NCBI GenBank assembly: GCA_033717875.1
Contig: JADDKJ010000001.1
Span: 27,551-91,550 of the forward strand
Length of the DNA: 64,000 bases
From: Gammaproteobacteria bacterium
GTDB taxonomy: Bacteria; Pseudomonadota; Gammaproteobacteria; Ga0077554; Ga007554
Direction of reading: 5' to 3'
Made by a program: the position numbers and the translations under genes. This document shows, one piece after another, positions 28,169-40,628 of this stretch; positions within the stretch are counted from its first letter, which is position 1; each line of letters starts with the position of its first letter. Below the pieces are notes generated by a model. It was not told the DNA's origin. It saw nothing but the letters and a program-made list of their open reading frames with translations, and made no database searches.

Positions 28169-28342
28169 TTGAGGGGTTCCAACCGAGGTTTTCAGGGATG
28201 ACGGCAGCGTAACGCGGAACGCCCTGCGTTACAAGGCGGAGGGGATTTTTTGTGCGTCTCTTGAGTCTAATCGAATGATGTGGCAGGATGCCCCTGAATC
28301 TCCGAGGGTCAGGGGTTCCGCGGCGCAGGGACGGCTTTTTGC

Positions 28343-29707
28343 ATGAGGGCGCTTTTCAGAGCTTTCCTTTGGATTTCGGCTAGTGTGGTACTACCCATGA
28401 GCGCTAACGACGCCTTGCGCAAGATTCCCGTGGTTGTTCAGTCTGCCGGCGCCGCCAGGGGCGGGGGACTGGAGTGGAAGCGCCGCGCGGTGCAGACGGC
28501 GGCGATCCTCCTCTTGATCCTGGTGCCGATCACCGGCGTATTCCGCATCGATACCGGCGCCGGTTTTGTGGTGCTGGATCGCCAGATCTGGTTTTCCGAC
28601 TTCTTTATCGTCTTTGGCGTATGGCTGGCGCTGGCCTGTCTGCTGGTGATGTTTTATTCGACGCTGGGGACCTCCTTCTGCGGCTGGGTGTGCCCGCAAA
28701 ACACCCTGTCCGCCTGGGCGAACCGGCAGACGGTCAAATACCTGGGCAAACGCGCCACGATCGATTGGGAAGGGCGTGAGCAATCGAAGATCTCGTCCGG
28801 CAAGAACAAGCTCAGGAACTGGCTGATCCTGGGCGGCAAATTGCTGCTGGTTTCGCTGCTTATCGCGCTCATCCCGATGCTCTATTTCTATCCGGCGGAT
28901 GCGGTATGGTCTTTCGTCACCTTGCGCGACGACCCGCGCATCACCGGTTCCTGGTACTGGATCTACAGCGTTTTCGTGCTGCTGGCGCTCGGCAATGTGG
29001 CGGTGATGCGCTATTACTTGTGCCGCTATACCTGCGTCTACCGGATCTGGCAGTTTCTGTTCAAAACCCGCCAGACCCTGCATATCACCTACGATCAATC
29101 GCGTTCCGAGGAATGCGCCAAGTGCAATTTCTGTGTCACCACCTGCCCGGTGGACATCGATCCGCGCAATACCCTGCTATATGACAGTTGCACCAACTGC
29201 GGCGAATGCATCACCGCGTGCGACTCGTTGCACAAGAAGGCTGATGTGGCGGGGCTGCTGCGTTTCGAGTTCGGCGAACGCAAGGTGGAAGGCGTGCGCC
29301 CGTCTTCCAATCTGACGTCGCTGGCGCAGCGGGCGGGCTGGGCGCTGCCGGTGTTTGTGCTGGCGCTGGGTATGATGGTCTGGGGGATGTGGCAGTATCA
29401 GTCCTATGATTTCTCGGTTTACCGCTCCGAGGCGTGGCAGGGGAACAAAATCCAGGAATACCGCATCAGCATCGCGCACAAGATCTACGGGCGCGGCGCG
29501 GTGAACGTGCGGGTCGAAGGCTTGCCTAAAGAGATGTATACTCTTGCCTCGACCCAGGCGGCTTTCGACACCGCCGAGCGCAAGGACATCATTCTGCGCA
29601 TCAGCGAGGCCTTGCCGCCAGGGGTGCACTCTTTCATGGTGCGCGCCCAATCCGCCGAGGGTTGGCATGACAGTTTCCGTGTGCAGCATTTTGTCGGGAG
29701 GAATTGA
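28343..29707 (+). CDS. CcoG/FixG/NapH-like 4Fe-4S ferredoxin-type membrane protein
   Basis: CGWVCP motif, two CxxCxxCxxxCP clusters (CAKCNFCVTTCP; CTNCGECITAC), TM helices and a FixG_C-like C-terminus. Confidence 0.75.
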   Translation: MRALFRAFLWISASVVLPMSANDALRKIPVVVQSAGAARGGGLEWKRRAVQTAAILLLILVPITGVFRIDTGAGFVVLDRQIWFSDFFIVFGVWLALACLLVMFYSTLGTSFCGWVCPQNTLSAWANRQTVKYLGKRATIDWEGREQSKISSGKNKLRNWLILGGKLLLVSLLIALIPMLYFYPADAVWSFVTLRDDPRITGSWYWIYSVFVLLALGNVAVMRYYLCRYTCVYRIWQFLFKTRQTLHITYDQSRSEECAKCNFCVTTCPVDIDPRNTLLYDSCTNCGECITACDSLHKKADVAGLLRFEFGERKVEGVRPSSNLTSLAQRAGWALPVFVLALGMMVWGMWQYQSYDFSVYRSEAWQGNKIQEYRISIAHKIYGRGAVNVRVEGLPKEMYTLASTQAAFDTAERKDIILRISEALPPGVHSFMVRAQSAEGWHDSFRVQHFVGRN

Positions 29708-29710
29708 ACC

Positions 29711-30133
29711 ATGTTAAAGCCGAAGGCAGAAAAGCAGGCCCCGCCGCCATCCCTTGAGAAGCCGGTGGAATGGGGAAAAACCGCCGATGACAATTTTGGC
29801 TATGCCGATGAAGCCGAGCGCCTGAAAAAGCGCGGTCTGGAGGATTGGGAGCTGGTGGAGAAAATTCCCGAATCCCAGCACAACATTCCTTACTGGTTCA
29901 TCGCCATTTTCGTCGCCCTGCTGCTCATCGCCGTTGGCCTGAACTTCCCCTTCTGGGGCGATCGTCCCGGCTATGAGCGTGAATGGTTCAACTGGGGTTT
30001 GCCCTTGGGCGTGGTATACACCACCATCGCGGTGATCGTCATTTACTGGCTGGCGGACTACCGCCACATTCGCCGCGCCAAAAAGGATGCGCACCAAGAA
30101 AATAAAGCCAATTCGCAAAAACAGGATACCTAA
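29711..30133 (+). CDS. small membrane protein with two TM helices (FixH/CcoQ-neighbourhood type), hypothetical
   Basis: Two hydrophobic helices and operon context. Confidence 0.45.
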   Translation: MLKPKAEKQAPPPSLEKPVEWGKTADDNFGYADEAERLKKRGLEDWELVEKIPESQHNIPYWFIAIFVALLLIAVGLNFPFWGDRPGYEREWFNWGLPLGVVYTTIAVIVIYWLADYRHIRRAKKDAHQENKANSQKQDT

Positions 30134-30448
30134 TTGAGAGCTTTGATAGTATTGGCGATGGCCGGTATTCTGGCCATCATGGCCGGTTGTTCACACAAAA
30201 CAGACAAGGCCGCCGCCATGGCGAGCGGTTATCCCGATCCTGAATCCGCCGGTGGGAGGCTCTTCAAGGCGCGCTGTTCCGAATGCCATGTGCCTCCCAC
30301 GCCCTCCAGCCGCACTGCTGACAAATGGCCGTTGATCGTCGACCGGATGCAGCATAACCGCATCATGAACAATTTCCCGCCGCTCACCGATGAAGAACGC
30401 CGCGAGATCGTTGCCTATCTTCGGAAATATTCGGCGGGTGGTGCTTGA
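30134..30448 (+). CDS. mono-heme cytochrome c lipoprotein
   Basis: Lipobox IMAGCS and a CSECH (CxxCH) heme-binding motif. Confidence 0.65.
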   Translation: MRALIVLAMAGILAIMAGCSHKTDKAAAMASGYPDPESAGGRLFKARCSECHVPPTPSSRTADKWPLIVDRMQHNRIMNNFPPLTDEERREIVAYLRKYSAGGA

Positions 30449-30828
30449 TGCGAGCCTTCGCCGTTGTATTGCTGGGGTTATTTCTGATGTCATGCGGCGT
30501 CGATAACCAGGCGCCTTCGATGCCTTCGCAAACCTGGAAGAAGATCGAGGTGAGCGTCGAAACCCGCGCGGGCCGTGCGCGCGGCATGAATGAATTTCTG
30601 GTGATTACCACCAGGAAACCGAAGAGGCCGGTGTTCGATCTCGTCGTGTCGATGCGCATGAGCGAGAGCGATCCATGGAAACAGGCGATCCAGGACGGCC
30701 ACGTCGGGGTCTACCGCCGTTCGCTGATGGTCACCGATCCCGCCACGCAGACGCTATTCGTGCATATCAAGCAAAAAGAGGAAGAGACGGTATTGCGGTT
30801 TCCGCTCAAGGGGCGGCCCTCACCCTGA
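30445..30828 (+). CDS. lipoprotein, hypothetical
   Basis: Lipobox LFLMSCG; 4-nt overlap with the preceding gene. Confidence 0.5.
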   Translation: MMRAFAVVLLGLFLMSCGVDNQAPSMPSQTWKKIEVSVETRAGRARGMNEFLVITTRKPKRPVFDLVVSMRMSESDPWKQAIQDGHVGVYRRSLMVTDPATQTLFVHIKQKEEETVLRFPLKGRPSP

Positions 30829-30870
30829 CCCTCTCCCAAAGGGAGAGGGGGATTAAATCCAGAGTTTTTT
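30829..30870 (+). terminator. terminator-like hairpin ccctctccc-aaa-gggagaggg with a downstream T run
   Basis: A 9-bp stem with TTTTTT at 30865-30870. Confidence 0.45.
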
Positions 30871-30892
30871 CAGGCGGCTTCGATGGATTGAA

Positions 30893-31045
30893 TCACTGCT
30901 TGTTTTGATCGTTGTTGTTTTTCGGATTGAGGTCGGGGCGGTACATGTCTGTTTTGTAGATCTGATACGTCAGCAAGCCCATCAGCAAAACCGCAACTAT
31001 CGCTACACCGCTGACCATGTAGGTCAAGATTTCAGGCATTGTCAT
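30893..31045 (-). CDS. unannotated 50-aa single-TM peptide (MTMPEILTYMVSGVAIVAVLLMGLLTYQIYKTDMYRPDLNPKNNNDQNKQ)
   Basis: RBS gggagaa lies 5 nt before the ATG. It is a hydrophobic helix with a polar tail, and it sits in a cluster of redox and membrane genes. It is not in the ORF track. Confidence 0.45.
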   Translation of the reverse strand: MTMPEILTYMVSGVAIVAVLLMGLLTYQIYKTDMYRPDLNPKNNNDQNKQ

Positions 31046-31186
31046 TTAGTTCTCCCAATAAACGCCGTGTTTGAAAGTATCGCTATCAACGGCGGCCCCC
31101 CTCATTCAAAGAGCACCGCAAAACGCTACTTATCTTGCAATAAATGTACTTGATCGGCAAGAGCCGCGGGTCACTTTTTAGCGAAA

Positions 31187-31705
31187 TCAGGCGCTGGCGG
31201 GTTTGATGCGCTTTTTCAATGTCGGGCTTTCGACGTAGCGGCGCAACAGCAGGGTTTTGTGTCCACCGCGTTTTTCGTAGCAGCGTGTGCAGGTCAGATA
31301 GCAGATATAAAGCTCTTTCGGCGCGCGTCCCTTGTCGAGTAGCTCGATCTGCATTTCGTGTACCGGCTGGCGGATGGTGCCGACATCGCCGGGGTGCAGC
31401 CGTCCGCGCAGCAGAAAAGGACCGGGCAGGTGTTCGACGCGGCGCGAGGGGGAGTCGCTGTTCTCCAGCAGCCGGATGAGTTTGCCTCTGAAGGCGCCGG
31501 TGGCCATCAGCACAAAGCCGGGCCAGCGTTCCTGCAATTCCAGTTGTTCGACTTCCTGCTGTTGCTTGCGCAAATAGAGGTCGTACTGGAGCGGCATGTG
31601 CGCCAGCATCGGGATGGGCAGTACATGCGCGCAATGTCCGGTCAGGTCGATGTCCTGATTGTGCCAGTCCGGATAGTGGTCCGGGCAGCCGCATTCCAGC
31701 ATCAT
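31187..31705 (-). CDS. Cys-rich hypothetical protein (CGCPDH...HCAH... and a C-terminal CYLTCTRC)
   Basis: Open reading frame with clustered Cys/His residues. The start is uncertain (31705 or 31765). Confidence 0.45.
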   Translation of the reverse strand: MMLECGCPDHYPDWHNQDIDLTGHCAHVLPIPMLAHMPLQYDLYLRKQQQEVEQLELQERWPGFVLMATGAFRGKLIRLLENSDSPSRRVEHLPGPFLLRGRLHPGDVGTIRQPVHEMQIELLDKGRAPKELYICYLTCTRCYEKRGGHKTLLLRRYVESPTLKKRIKPASA

Positions 31706-31730
31706 GGGTTGAGCGTGCTTCTGTGGATGA

Positions 31731-32324
31731 TCACTTGCTTCGAGTGAACTCCGCTTCCTTACCATGCCCTCGCGCTTCGAGCGCGGTGACGGATACGCCC
31801 TTGTTTTTGAAGACCCGTCTTGCAGTAAGGAAAATATTGGCGAAGTAGACCCAGAAACCGATGCCCATGACCGTGGCCGCTGTGCCGATGATCGGCTTGT
31901 AGTACTGGTGGACTTCCGGCAGTGCCTCCGGGTTGGTGAGCAGGATATTGCCTTCGATGATGCCGAAGGTCATCAGTGTCAGATAAAAGCTGGTCTGGCC
32001 GATGCACGTCCACCAGAAGGTGTGTTCCACCAGGCGGCGGGAATAGAGCGGTTGGCCGGAAATGGTGGGGAACAGGTAATAAGTGCCGGCCATGATGAAC
32101 AGGATCACCCCGCCGACGATATTCATGTGCGCATGGGCCAGCGGGTCGATCATGTGGCCGGGGCCGCTGTGCGGCGTGCCGACGGATTCCAGCCAGGCGC
32201 GAACCGGGGGCTGGACCTGAATGACGCCATGGACCGTTCCGATGAAAAGAAACACGGCGGACATGAGCAGAAATTTGAGCAGGTAGCGGTGCTCCGGCAT
32301 ACCGCCTGATGGATTGAGCGACAT
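31731..32324 (-). CDS. polytopic membrane protein with conserved His residues, reminiscent of a heme-copper-oxidase subunit-I segment; hypothetical
   Basis: About 5 TM helices, with the motif GPGHMIDPLAHAHMNIVGG. Confidence 0.45.
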   Translation of the reverse strand: MSLNPSGGMPEHRYLLKFLLMSAVFLFIGTVHGVIQVQPPVRAWLESVGTPHSGPGHMIDPLAHAHMNIVGGVILFIMAGTYYLFPTISGQPLYSRRLVEHTFWWTCIGQTSFYLTLMTFGIIEGNILLTNPEALPEVHQYYKPIIGTAATVMGIGFWVYFANIFLTARRVFKNKGVSVTALEARGHGKEAEFTRSK

Positions 32325-32426
32325 TGTGAGCGGAACCCCCGTGTGTTAGTGCATGGTGTTTATATGATTCGCTAAAAGCCGCGATGGCCCGCTTCCTGCG
32401 ATGTGTCGCCTACGTGGTTAATCGAT

Positions 32427-32468
32427 GTAGGGCGGGTTAGGCGCTCTTTTCGCGCCGTAACCCGCCAG
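32427..32468. repeat. REP-like element (reverse orientation)
   Basis: gtagggcgggttaggcgc...gcgccgtaacccgccag is the reverse complement of the family consensus. Confidence 0.75.
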
Positions 32469-32516
32469 CGGTGCCGCCAGGCACTCACTTAAAAAACAGC
32501 TTGTGTGCTGTGCACG

Positions 32517-32552
32517 CCTGGCGGGTTACGCAAAAACGCTAACCCGCCCTAC
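32517..32552. repeat. REP-like element (forward); with 32427-32468 it forms an inverted pair
   Basis: cctggcgggttacgcaaaaacgctaacccgccctac. Confidence 0.8.
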
Positions 32553-32663
32553 ATTTATTGCTTAACCGAATGGCATTGGCCATACATTGGATGGCGCGTA
32601 ACGGCGGAAGTTTAGCTAAAGACCGGGGTCGCCGCAAGGAAAAGGGGTAAATACCTTATCTCT

Positions 32664-34615
<1,952 letters not shown>

Positions 34616-34675
34616 TCAGAAATAACCTAGCGATATTGTCGAGTATTGTAGTCTAAAAACGGTGCGCCCGCATCG

Positions 34676-35753
<1,078 letters not shown>

Positions 35754-35756
35754 GAT

Positions 35757-36392
35757 ATGGCCGCGTTGGTGCTGGCTGCGACTCTGCTTGTTCCCCTGCT
35801 TTCATTGAATACCGCGAATCCGATTCAGGCGGTGATGGATCATTACCAGGGCATTGCCGCTTATCAAGTGACATTGACCTCCGTGAGCGGCGACAAGACC
35901 GAGATCATCCGTTATTTCCACAAGAAGCCCGGCCATGTGCGTATGGAGTTCGTGACGCCCTTCAGGGGTGCGGTGCTCATATACGATCCCGGCACCCGGC
36001 GCGCCAAATTGTGGCCCTTCGGTTACGGCCGTTTTCCCGGCCTGAGCCTGAGTCCCGATAACAGCCTTATCCAAAGCGCCACGGGGCAACGGGTGGACCG
36101 CTCGGACGTGGGCGCGCTCTACCGCAACGTGAAAACCTTGCAGGACCAAGGCCGTCTCGAAGTGATGGGCCTGGAGAACATTGGCGGACAAGAGGTCCTG
36201 CGCCTCACGGTCTCCGGCGATAACGGCGTTGTTGTCGGGAATGTCGCCCGTTATCAGTTGTGGCTGGAGCGCGGCCACGGTTTTCCCCTCAAGGTCGTGA
36301 GCTACGACAAGAACGGCCGGGTGATAGAAACCGTGGAGATGAACCAATTGCGTGTTGATCCCGAGTTTCCCGATGATTTTTTCAGTCAGTAA
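35757..36392 (+). CDS. LolA-like / outer-membrane lipoprotein-sorting family protein
   Basis: N-terminal signal peptide; family similarity is weak. Confidence 0.45.
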   Translation: MAALVLAATLLVPLLSLNTANPIQAVMDHYQGIAAYQVTLTSVSGDKTEIIRYFHKKPGHVRMEFVTPFRGAVLIYDPGTRRAKLWPFGYGRFPGLSLSPDNSLIQSATGQRVDRSDVGALYRNVKTLQDQGRLEVMGLENIGGQEVLRLTVSGDNGVVVGNVARYQLWLERGHGFPLKVVSYDKNGRVIETVEMNQLRVDPEFPDDFFSQ

Positions 36393-36410
36393 CCCGCCAT
36401 TTGACCCTGG

Positions 36411-36443
36411 AATAAATAATGATTATGATTCTCATTTGTAATC
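36411..36443 (+). promoter_or_regulatory. Fur-box-like operator upstream of exbB (aataaataatgattatgattctcatttgtaatc)
   Basis: Resembles the GATAATGATAATCATTATC consensus and sits in the -35/-10 region of a TonB-system operon. Confidence 0.55.
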
Positions 36444-36899
36444 TTGCGGTTTTCCGGGTTTGTGGTTGCTATGTCTCTTCTGTCTGATCTGGTTGATTAT
36501 GGTGTCATCGGTCTGCTGTTGTTGCTCAGCATCTGGGCGGTGGCGGTGGCGGTGGAGCGGTGGTCGCTGTACCGGCGCGTCGATGTGGCGGCGTTCGCCA
36601 GCGCGCAGGCGCTTGAGACCGAGCTGACCCGCCGTCTCACGGTGATCGGTACCATCGCCGCCAACGCCCCTTATATCGGCCTGCTCGGCACGGTGTTCGG
36701 CATCATGGTCACGTTCCACACCATGGGCACGCAGGGCAATATGGATGTGCGCTCCATCATGGTGGGCCTGAGCATGGCGCTCAAAGCCACGGCGATGGGG
36801 TTGGTGGTCGCCATTCCTTGCGTGGCGCTGAACAACGTGTTGCGGCGGCGTGTGAAAGAACTGTTGAGCCGCTACGAGGACGTACGCCGTGGAGCGTGA
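36444..36899 (+). CDS. exbB: MotA/TolQ/ExbB proton-channel protein
   Basis: Three TM helices with an ExbB signature. Confidence 0.85.
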   Translation: MRFSGFVVAMSLLSDLVDYGVIGLLLLLSIWAVAVAVERWSLYRRVDVAAFASAQALETELTRRLTVIGTIAANAPYIGLLGTVFGIMVTFHTMGTQGNMDVRSIMVGLSMALKATAMGLVVAIPCVALNNVLRRRVKELLSRYEDVRRGA

Positions 36900-37263
36900 T
36901 CTCGACCAGATCAACGTCATCCCGCTGGTGGACGTGATGCTGGTGCTGCTGGTGATCGTTCTCACCACCGCCACCTTCATCTCCACCGGCCAGATTCCAG
37001 TCGATCTGGCCAAGGCCAAGCACGCTACGGCGGCGATCGAGCAACCTGTAGTGCTTACCCTCAAAAACGATGGGGCGCTGTTTTTGAATCAGCAGGCCAT
37101 CAGCGTGGACGGTCTGGGCGCCGCGCTGGGCGCCTATGCCAGGGAAACTGCCGTGGTGGTGCGCGCCGACCGCACCACGCCGCTGGAGCGGTTCGTTACA
37201 CTGGTGGATACGGTGAAGGGACTCGGGTATACCAAGGTCAGTTTGCAGGTGGAGCGTTCGTGA
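36889..37263 (+). CDS. exbD: biopolymer transport protein ExbD/TolR
   Basis: N-terminal INVIPLVDVMLVLLVIV. Confidence 0.85.
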   Translation: MERDLDQINVIPLVDVMLVLLVIVLTTATFISTGQIPVDLAKAKHATAAIEQPVVLTLKNDGALFLNQQAISVDGLGAALGAYARETAVVVRADRTTPLERFVTLVDTVKGLGYTKVSLQVERS

Positions 37264-38003
37264 GCGCGGTATACCCTGAAGATGGGATCATCCCTCGCCG
37301 CGGCCATATCAATGGCTGGGGGGTATCGCTGGGCTTCCACGGCGTGGTGGGAGGTCTGGTGATTGCCGCCGTGTTCGCCCTTGCCAGACCCATCGAACCG
37401 CCGCCATTCGAGTGGGACGTATCCCTCGCCGCAGCCGAGCAGGTCACCTCTGCTTCCCCCGTTCCCGCCCAACCGCCTATCCCCCGCAGTGCTCCGCCGC
37501 CGGAGGTTACGCAAAAGGCTTTGCCCCGGCAGACGGTGCCGGTCGTGTCCTCGGCGGCGCCAGTGACGAACCATGCCGATGTGCCTGTCCCGGTGCAAGC
37601 GCCGGCGCCGGTTCAGGCCGTGCCCGCTCCGGTAGTTGCTGCCGATCCGGTCCCGGCGCGGGTCGAACCGGCGCCCGTTGCCCCGGCAATCCCGTCGCCC
37701 GCCGCCAACAGCAGCCCTGATACTGGCCTGCTGAAGGATTTGTTGTGGCGTCGCGTGGATACACTGAAAAAATATCCTGTTCTCGCCAGGCGCAATGGCT
37801 GGGAAGGGCAGGTGTTGCTCAAGGTCGTCCTGGGTGGGGATGGCCGCCTGATCCGGGTGGAAGTGCAGGAGAGTTCCGGGCACGAGGCGTTGGATCAAAG
37901 TGCGCTGGAGACTGTGCGCGCCGCCACGCCCCTTAAGCTGGAAAACCAGTCCTGGTCGCAAGTTGCCCTTCTTCTTCCGGTTGTATACCGTTTCGCGCAG
38001 TGA
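37260..38003 (+). CDS. tonB: energy transducer TonB (paralog 2)
   Basis: TM anchor, a Pro/Ala-rich spacer and a C-terminal TonB domain. Confidence 0.8.
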   Translation: MSAVYPEDGIIPRRGHINGWGVSLGFHGVVGGLVIAAVFALARPIEPPPFEWDVSLAAAEQVTSASPVPAQPPIPRSAPPPEVTQKALPRQTVPVVSSAAPVTNHADVPVPVQAPAPVQAVPAPVVAADPVPARVEPAPVAPAIPSPAANSSPDTGLLKDLLWRRVDTLKKYPVLARRNGWEGQVLLKVVLGGDGRLIRVEVQESSGHEALDQSALETVRAATPLKLENQSWSQVALLLPVVYRFAQ

Positions 38004-38051
38004 ATCTCCGTAGTTTTTTGTGTCCCCCGTGATTTTTTGTTAAACGCTATT

Positions 38052-38070
38052 GCAAATCATTCTCATTTGC
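38052..38070 (+). promoter_or_regulatory. Fur-box-like palindrome GCAAATCATTCTCATTTGC upstream of the TonB-dependent receptor
   Basis: A 6-bp inverted-arm palindrome matching the Fur consensus at 12 of 19 positions, and sharing CATTCTCATTTG with the exbB operator. Confidence 0.5.
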
Positions 38071-38141
38071 GTTAGCATCCTCATCAGGCGTTTGGGAGTG
38101 GCTGGATTCGACGGCCGTGGTCTGACATAAACAACAAGAGG

Positions 38142-40283
38142 ATGGGTAACGTGTTTTTGCGGAAAAAAATAAATATCGCGGTATTAATGGCGCTGGCATG
38201 TCCGGCGGGGGTGGCGCTGGCGCAGGATGAAAAGCCTGTCAAAGCCCCCACGGTGGAGGTGATCGGCACGCGCGAGGCGCTGGCGAGCATTCCGGGTTCT
38301 GCCGAGGTGGTCGACAAGAAGACCCTGGAAAACAGTCGCGTCTTCACCACCAGCGAAGCGCTGCGCAAAGTACCGGGTGTCAACGTGCGCGACGAGGAAG
38401 GCTTGGGCCTGCGTCCCAATATTGGTATTCGCGGTTTGAATCCGACCCGCTCCAGCAAGGTGCTGTTGCTGGAGGATGGCATTCCGTTGGCGTTCGCGCC
38501 TTACGGCGAGAACGCGACCTATTATCATCCGCCCATTGATCGTTTCGAGCGCATCGAGGTGCTGAAAGGTTCGGGGCAGATCCTCTACGGGCCTCAGACC
38601 ATCGGTGGCGTGATCAACTACATCACGCCCTTGCCTCCCGCCAGGCCAGGTGGTTCCATTGCCCTCACCGGCGGCAACCGCGATTACTTCAACGGCCGTT
38701 TCAACTACGGCGGCACCTGGGGCGGCAATGGCGTGCTGTTCGATTATGTGCGCAAGCAGGGCGACGGGGCGCGCGATAACACCCGTTCCGAGCTGAACGA
38801 CGCCAACGTCAAGGCGGTGCTGGGCCTGGGCGCCAACCAGGCGCTGACGTTGCGCGGCAATTTTTACAGCGAAGATTCCAACGTCACTTACTCCGGGCTG
38901 ACCGGGGCGGAATACGCAGCCAATCCACGCCAGAACCCGTTCAAGAACGATTTCATGAACGCCAAGCGCTACGGTGCCTCGGCGACCCATGAATTTGTTT
39001 TCAACGATAATGTCATCCTGACTACCAATCTGTATGGCTCGATTTTTCAGCGCGACTGGTGGCGGCAGTCTAGCAACTCCGGCCAGCGGCCCAATGACAG
39101 CGCAGATGCGGCCTGCGGCGGCATGACGAATCTCAACACCACCTGCGGCAACGAAGGCCGTTTGCGCAACTACTATACCTGGGGCGTCGAGCCTCGGTTG
39201 CGCGTCAATCACGGCCTGTTTGGCGTGAGAAGCGAGGCGGATATGGGCGTGCGCGCGCACTACGAAACCCAGGACCGCCGCCAGGAAAACGGCAACACGC
39301 CCAACTCGCGTACCGGCAGCATCGTTGAGGACAACGAGCGCAAGAACCAGGCCTATTCCGCTTTCGTGCAGAACCGCTTCCTGATGGGCAAGTGGACGGT
39401 GACCCCCGGCGTGCGCGTCGAGTCGATCAACTACGAGCGCACCAACCGCCTCGCCAACGGCGGCGCGGGCGTGAGCGGCAAGACCGATCGCACCGAGGTG
39501 ATCCCGGGCATGGGTGCGACCTACAACCCGCTCAAGAACACTACGCTGTTCGCCGGTGTGCATCGCGGCTTCGCCCCACCCGCCACCGCAGACGTCATCA
39601 GTAATACCGGTGGCGTGGTGGATCTGGGCGCTGAAAAGAGCTGGAACTACGAGCTGGGCGTGCGCAGCCAGCCGCGTCCAGGCGTGAGCGCCGAGGCGAC
39701 ACTTTTCCGCATGGACTTCCAGAACCAGATCATCCCTGCCAGTGTGGCTGGTGGTGCCGGGGCGACCCTCACCAACGCTGGTGAGACCCTGCACCAGGGT
39801 GCGGAGCTGGGCCTGCGCCTGAATAGCGGTGAGGTGATGGATTCGCCGCACAACGTCTATCTGCAAGCGGCCTATACTTATCTGCCCACCGCCAAGTTCA
39901 CCGGTACACGCACCAGCAATATCACGTCAGGCGTAAGTGTCAGCGGCAACCGTCTGCCCTACGCGCCGGAAAACCTGCTGACCACGACGCTTGGTTATGC
40001 CCATGCGTCGGGATTCGATGCGCGTGTCGAGGCGGTGCATGTTGGTGACCAGTTCAGCGATGACTTGAATACCGTCACGCCCACCGCCAACGGACAGCAG
40101 GGACTGATCCCCAGCTACACCATCTGGAACGCGGCGGTGAATTATCTGGTCAAGCCGATCAACACCACGGTGTTTCTGACGGCGAAGAATCTGACCGACA
40201 AAACCTACATCGTCGACCGCACACGCGGCATCCTGCCCGGCATGCCGCGCCTGATACAGGCGGGATTCACCTACCGGTTTTGA
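38142..40283 (+). CDS. TonB-dependent outer membrane receptor
   Basis: Signal peptide, a plug domain with a TonB box, a beta-barrel and a C-terminal aromatic residue (YRF). Confidence 0.9.
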   Translation: MGNVFLRKKINIAVLMALACPAGVALAQDEKPVKAPTVEVIGTREALASIPGSAEVVDKKTLENSRVFTTSEALRKVPGVNVRDEEGLGLRPNIGIRGLNPTRSSKVLLLEDGIPLAFAPYGENATYYHPPIDRFERIEVLKGSGQILYGPQTIGGVINYITPLPPARPGGSIALTGGNRDYFNGRFNYGGTWGGNGVLFDYVRKQGDGARDNTRSELNDANVKAVLGLGANQALTLRGNFYSEDSNVTYSGLTGAEYAANPRQNPFKNDFMNAKRYGASATHEFVFNDNVILTTNLYGSIFQRDWWRQSSNSGQRPNDSADAACGGMTNLNTTCGNEGRLRNYYTWGVEPRLRVNHGLFGVRSEADMGVRAHYETQDRRQENGNTPNSRTGSIVEDNERKNQAYSAFVQNRFLMGKWTVTPGVRVESINYERTNRLANGGAGVSGKTDRTEVIPGMGATYNPLKNTTLFAGVHRGFAPPATADVISNTGGVVDLGAEKSWNYELGVRSQPRPGVSAEATLFRMDFQNQIIPASVAGGAGATLTNAGETLHQGAELGLRLNSGEVMDSPHNVYLQAAYTYLPTAKFTGTRTSNITSGVSVSGNRLPYAPENLLTTTLGYAHASGFDARVEAVHVGDQFSDDLNTVTPTANGQQGLIPSYTIWNAAVNYLVKPINTTVFLTAKNLTDKTYIVDRTRGILPGMPRLIQAGFTYRF

Positions 40284-40337
40284 TCGCTGCTGATGGATGA
40301 CGGCCACACCGCCAGGGAAGGCGGTTTCCTCAGTGTT

Positions 40338-40366
40338 TGACTGACAGGGCGCACCCCTCCCGCGCC
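40338..40366 (+). terminator. rho-independent terminator (gggcgc-acccctccc-gcgccc + T9)
   Basis: A 6-bp GC stem followed by nine T residues. Confidence 0.75.
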
Positions 40367-40448
40367 CTTTTTTTTGCAGCGTGCCCGGCTTGCCCTCCTT
40401 CATGGCGTCGAAGCCCAGATCACCAAACAGCTCCCACCCCTGGAAGTA

Positions 40449-40562
40449 ATTCCATTTCGCAATAAAAAGTGAAATATTGTAGGGTGCGTTCCACGCACCA
40501 TTACCATTGGTGCGTGGAACGCACCCTACAAAATTATTGTCGTTTTTAACGCAAATTGGAAT
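40449..40562 (-). repeat. MITE-like palindromic repeat, copy 2 (inverted relative to copies 1 and 3)
   Basis: Reverse complement of the 885-998 element. Confidence 0.85.
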
Positions 40563-40628
40563 AACGGGCGAGCAAGCAAGGCGTTCGGCATCTGCTGAAA
40601 GAAATCCTTGGTGGAGTAGTGCCGGGCC

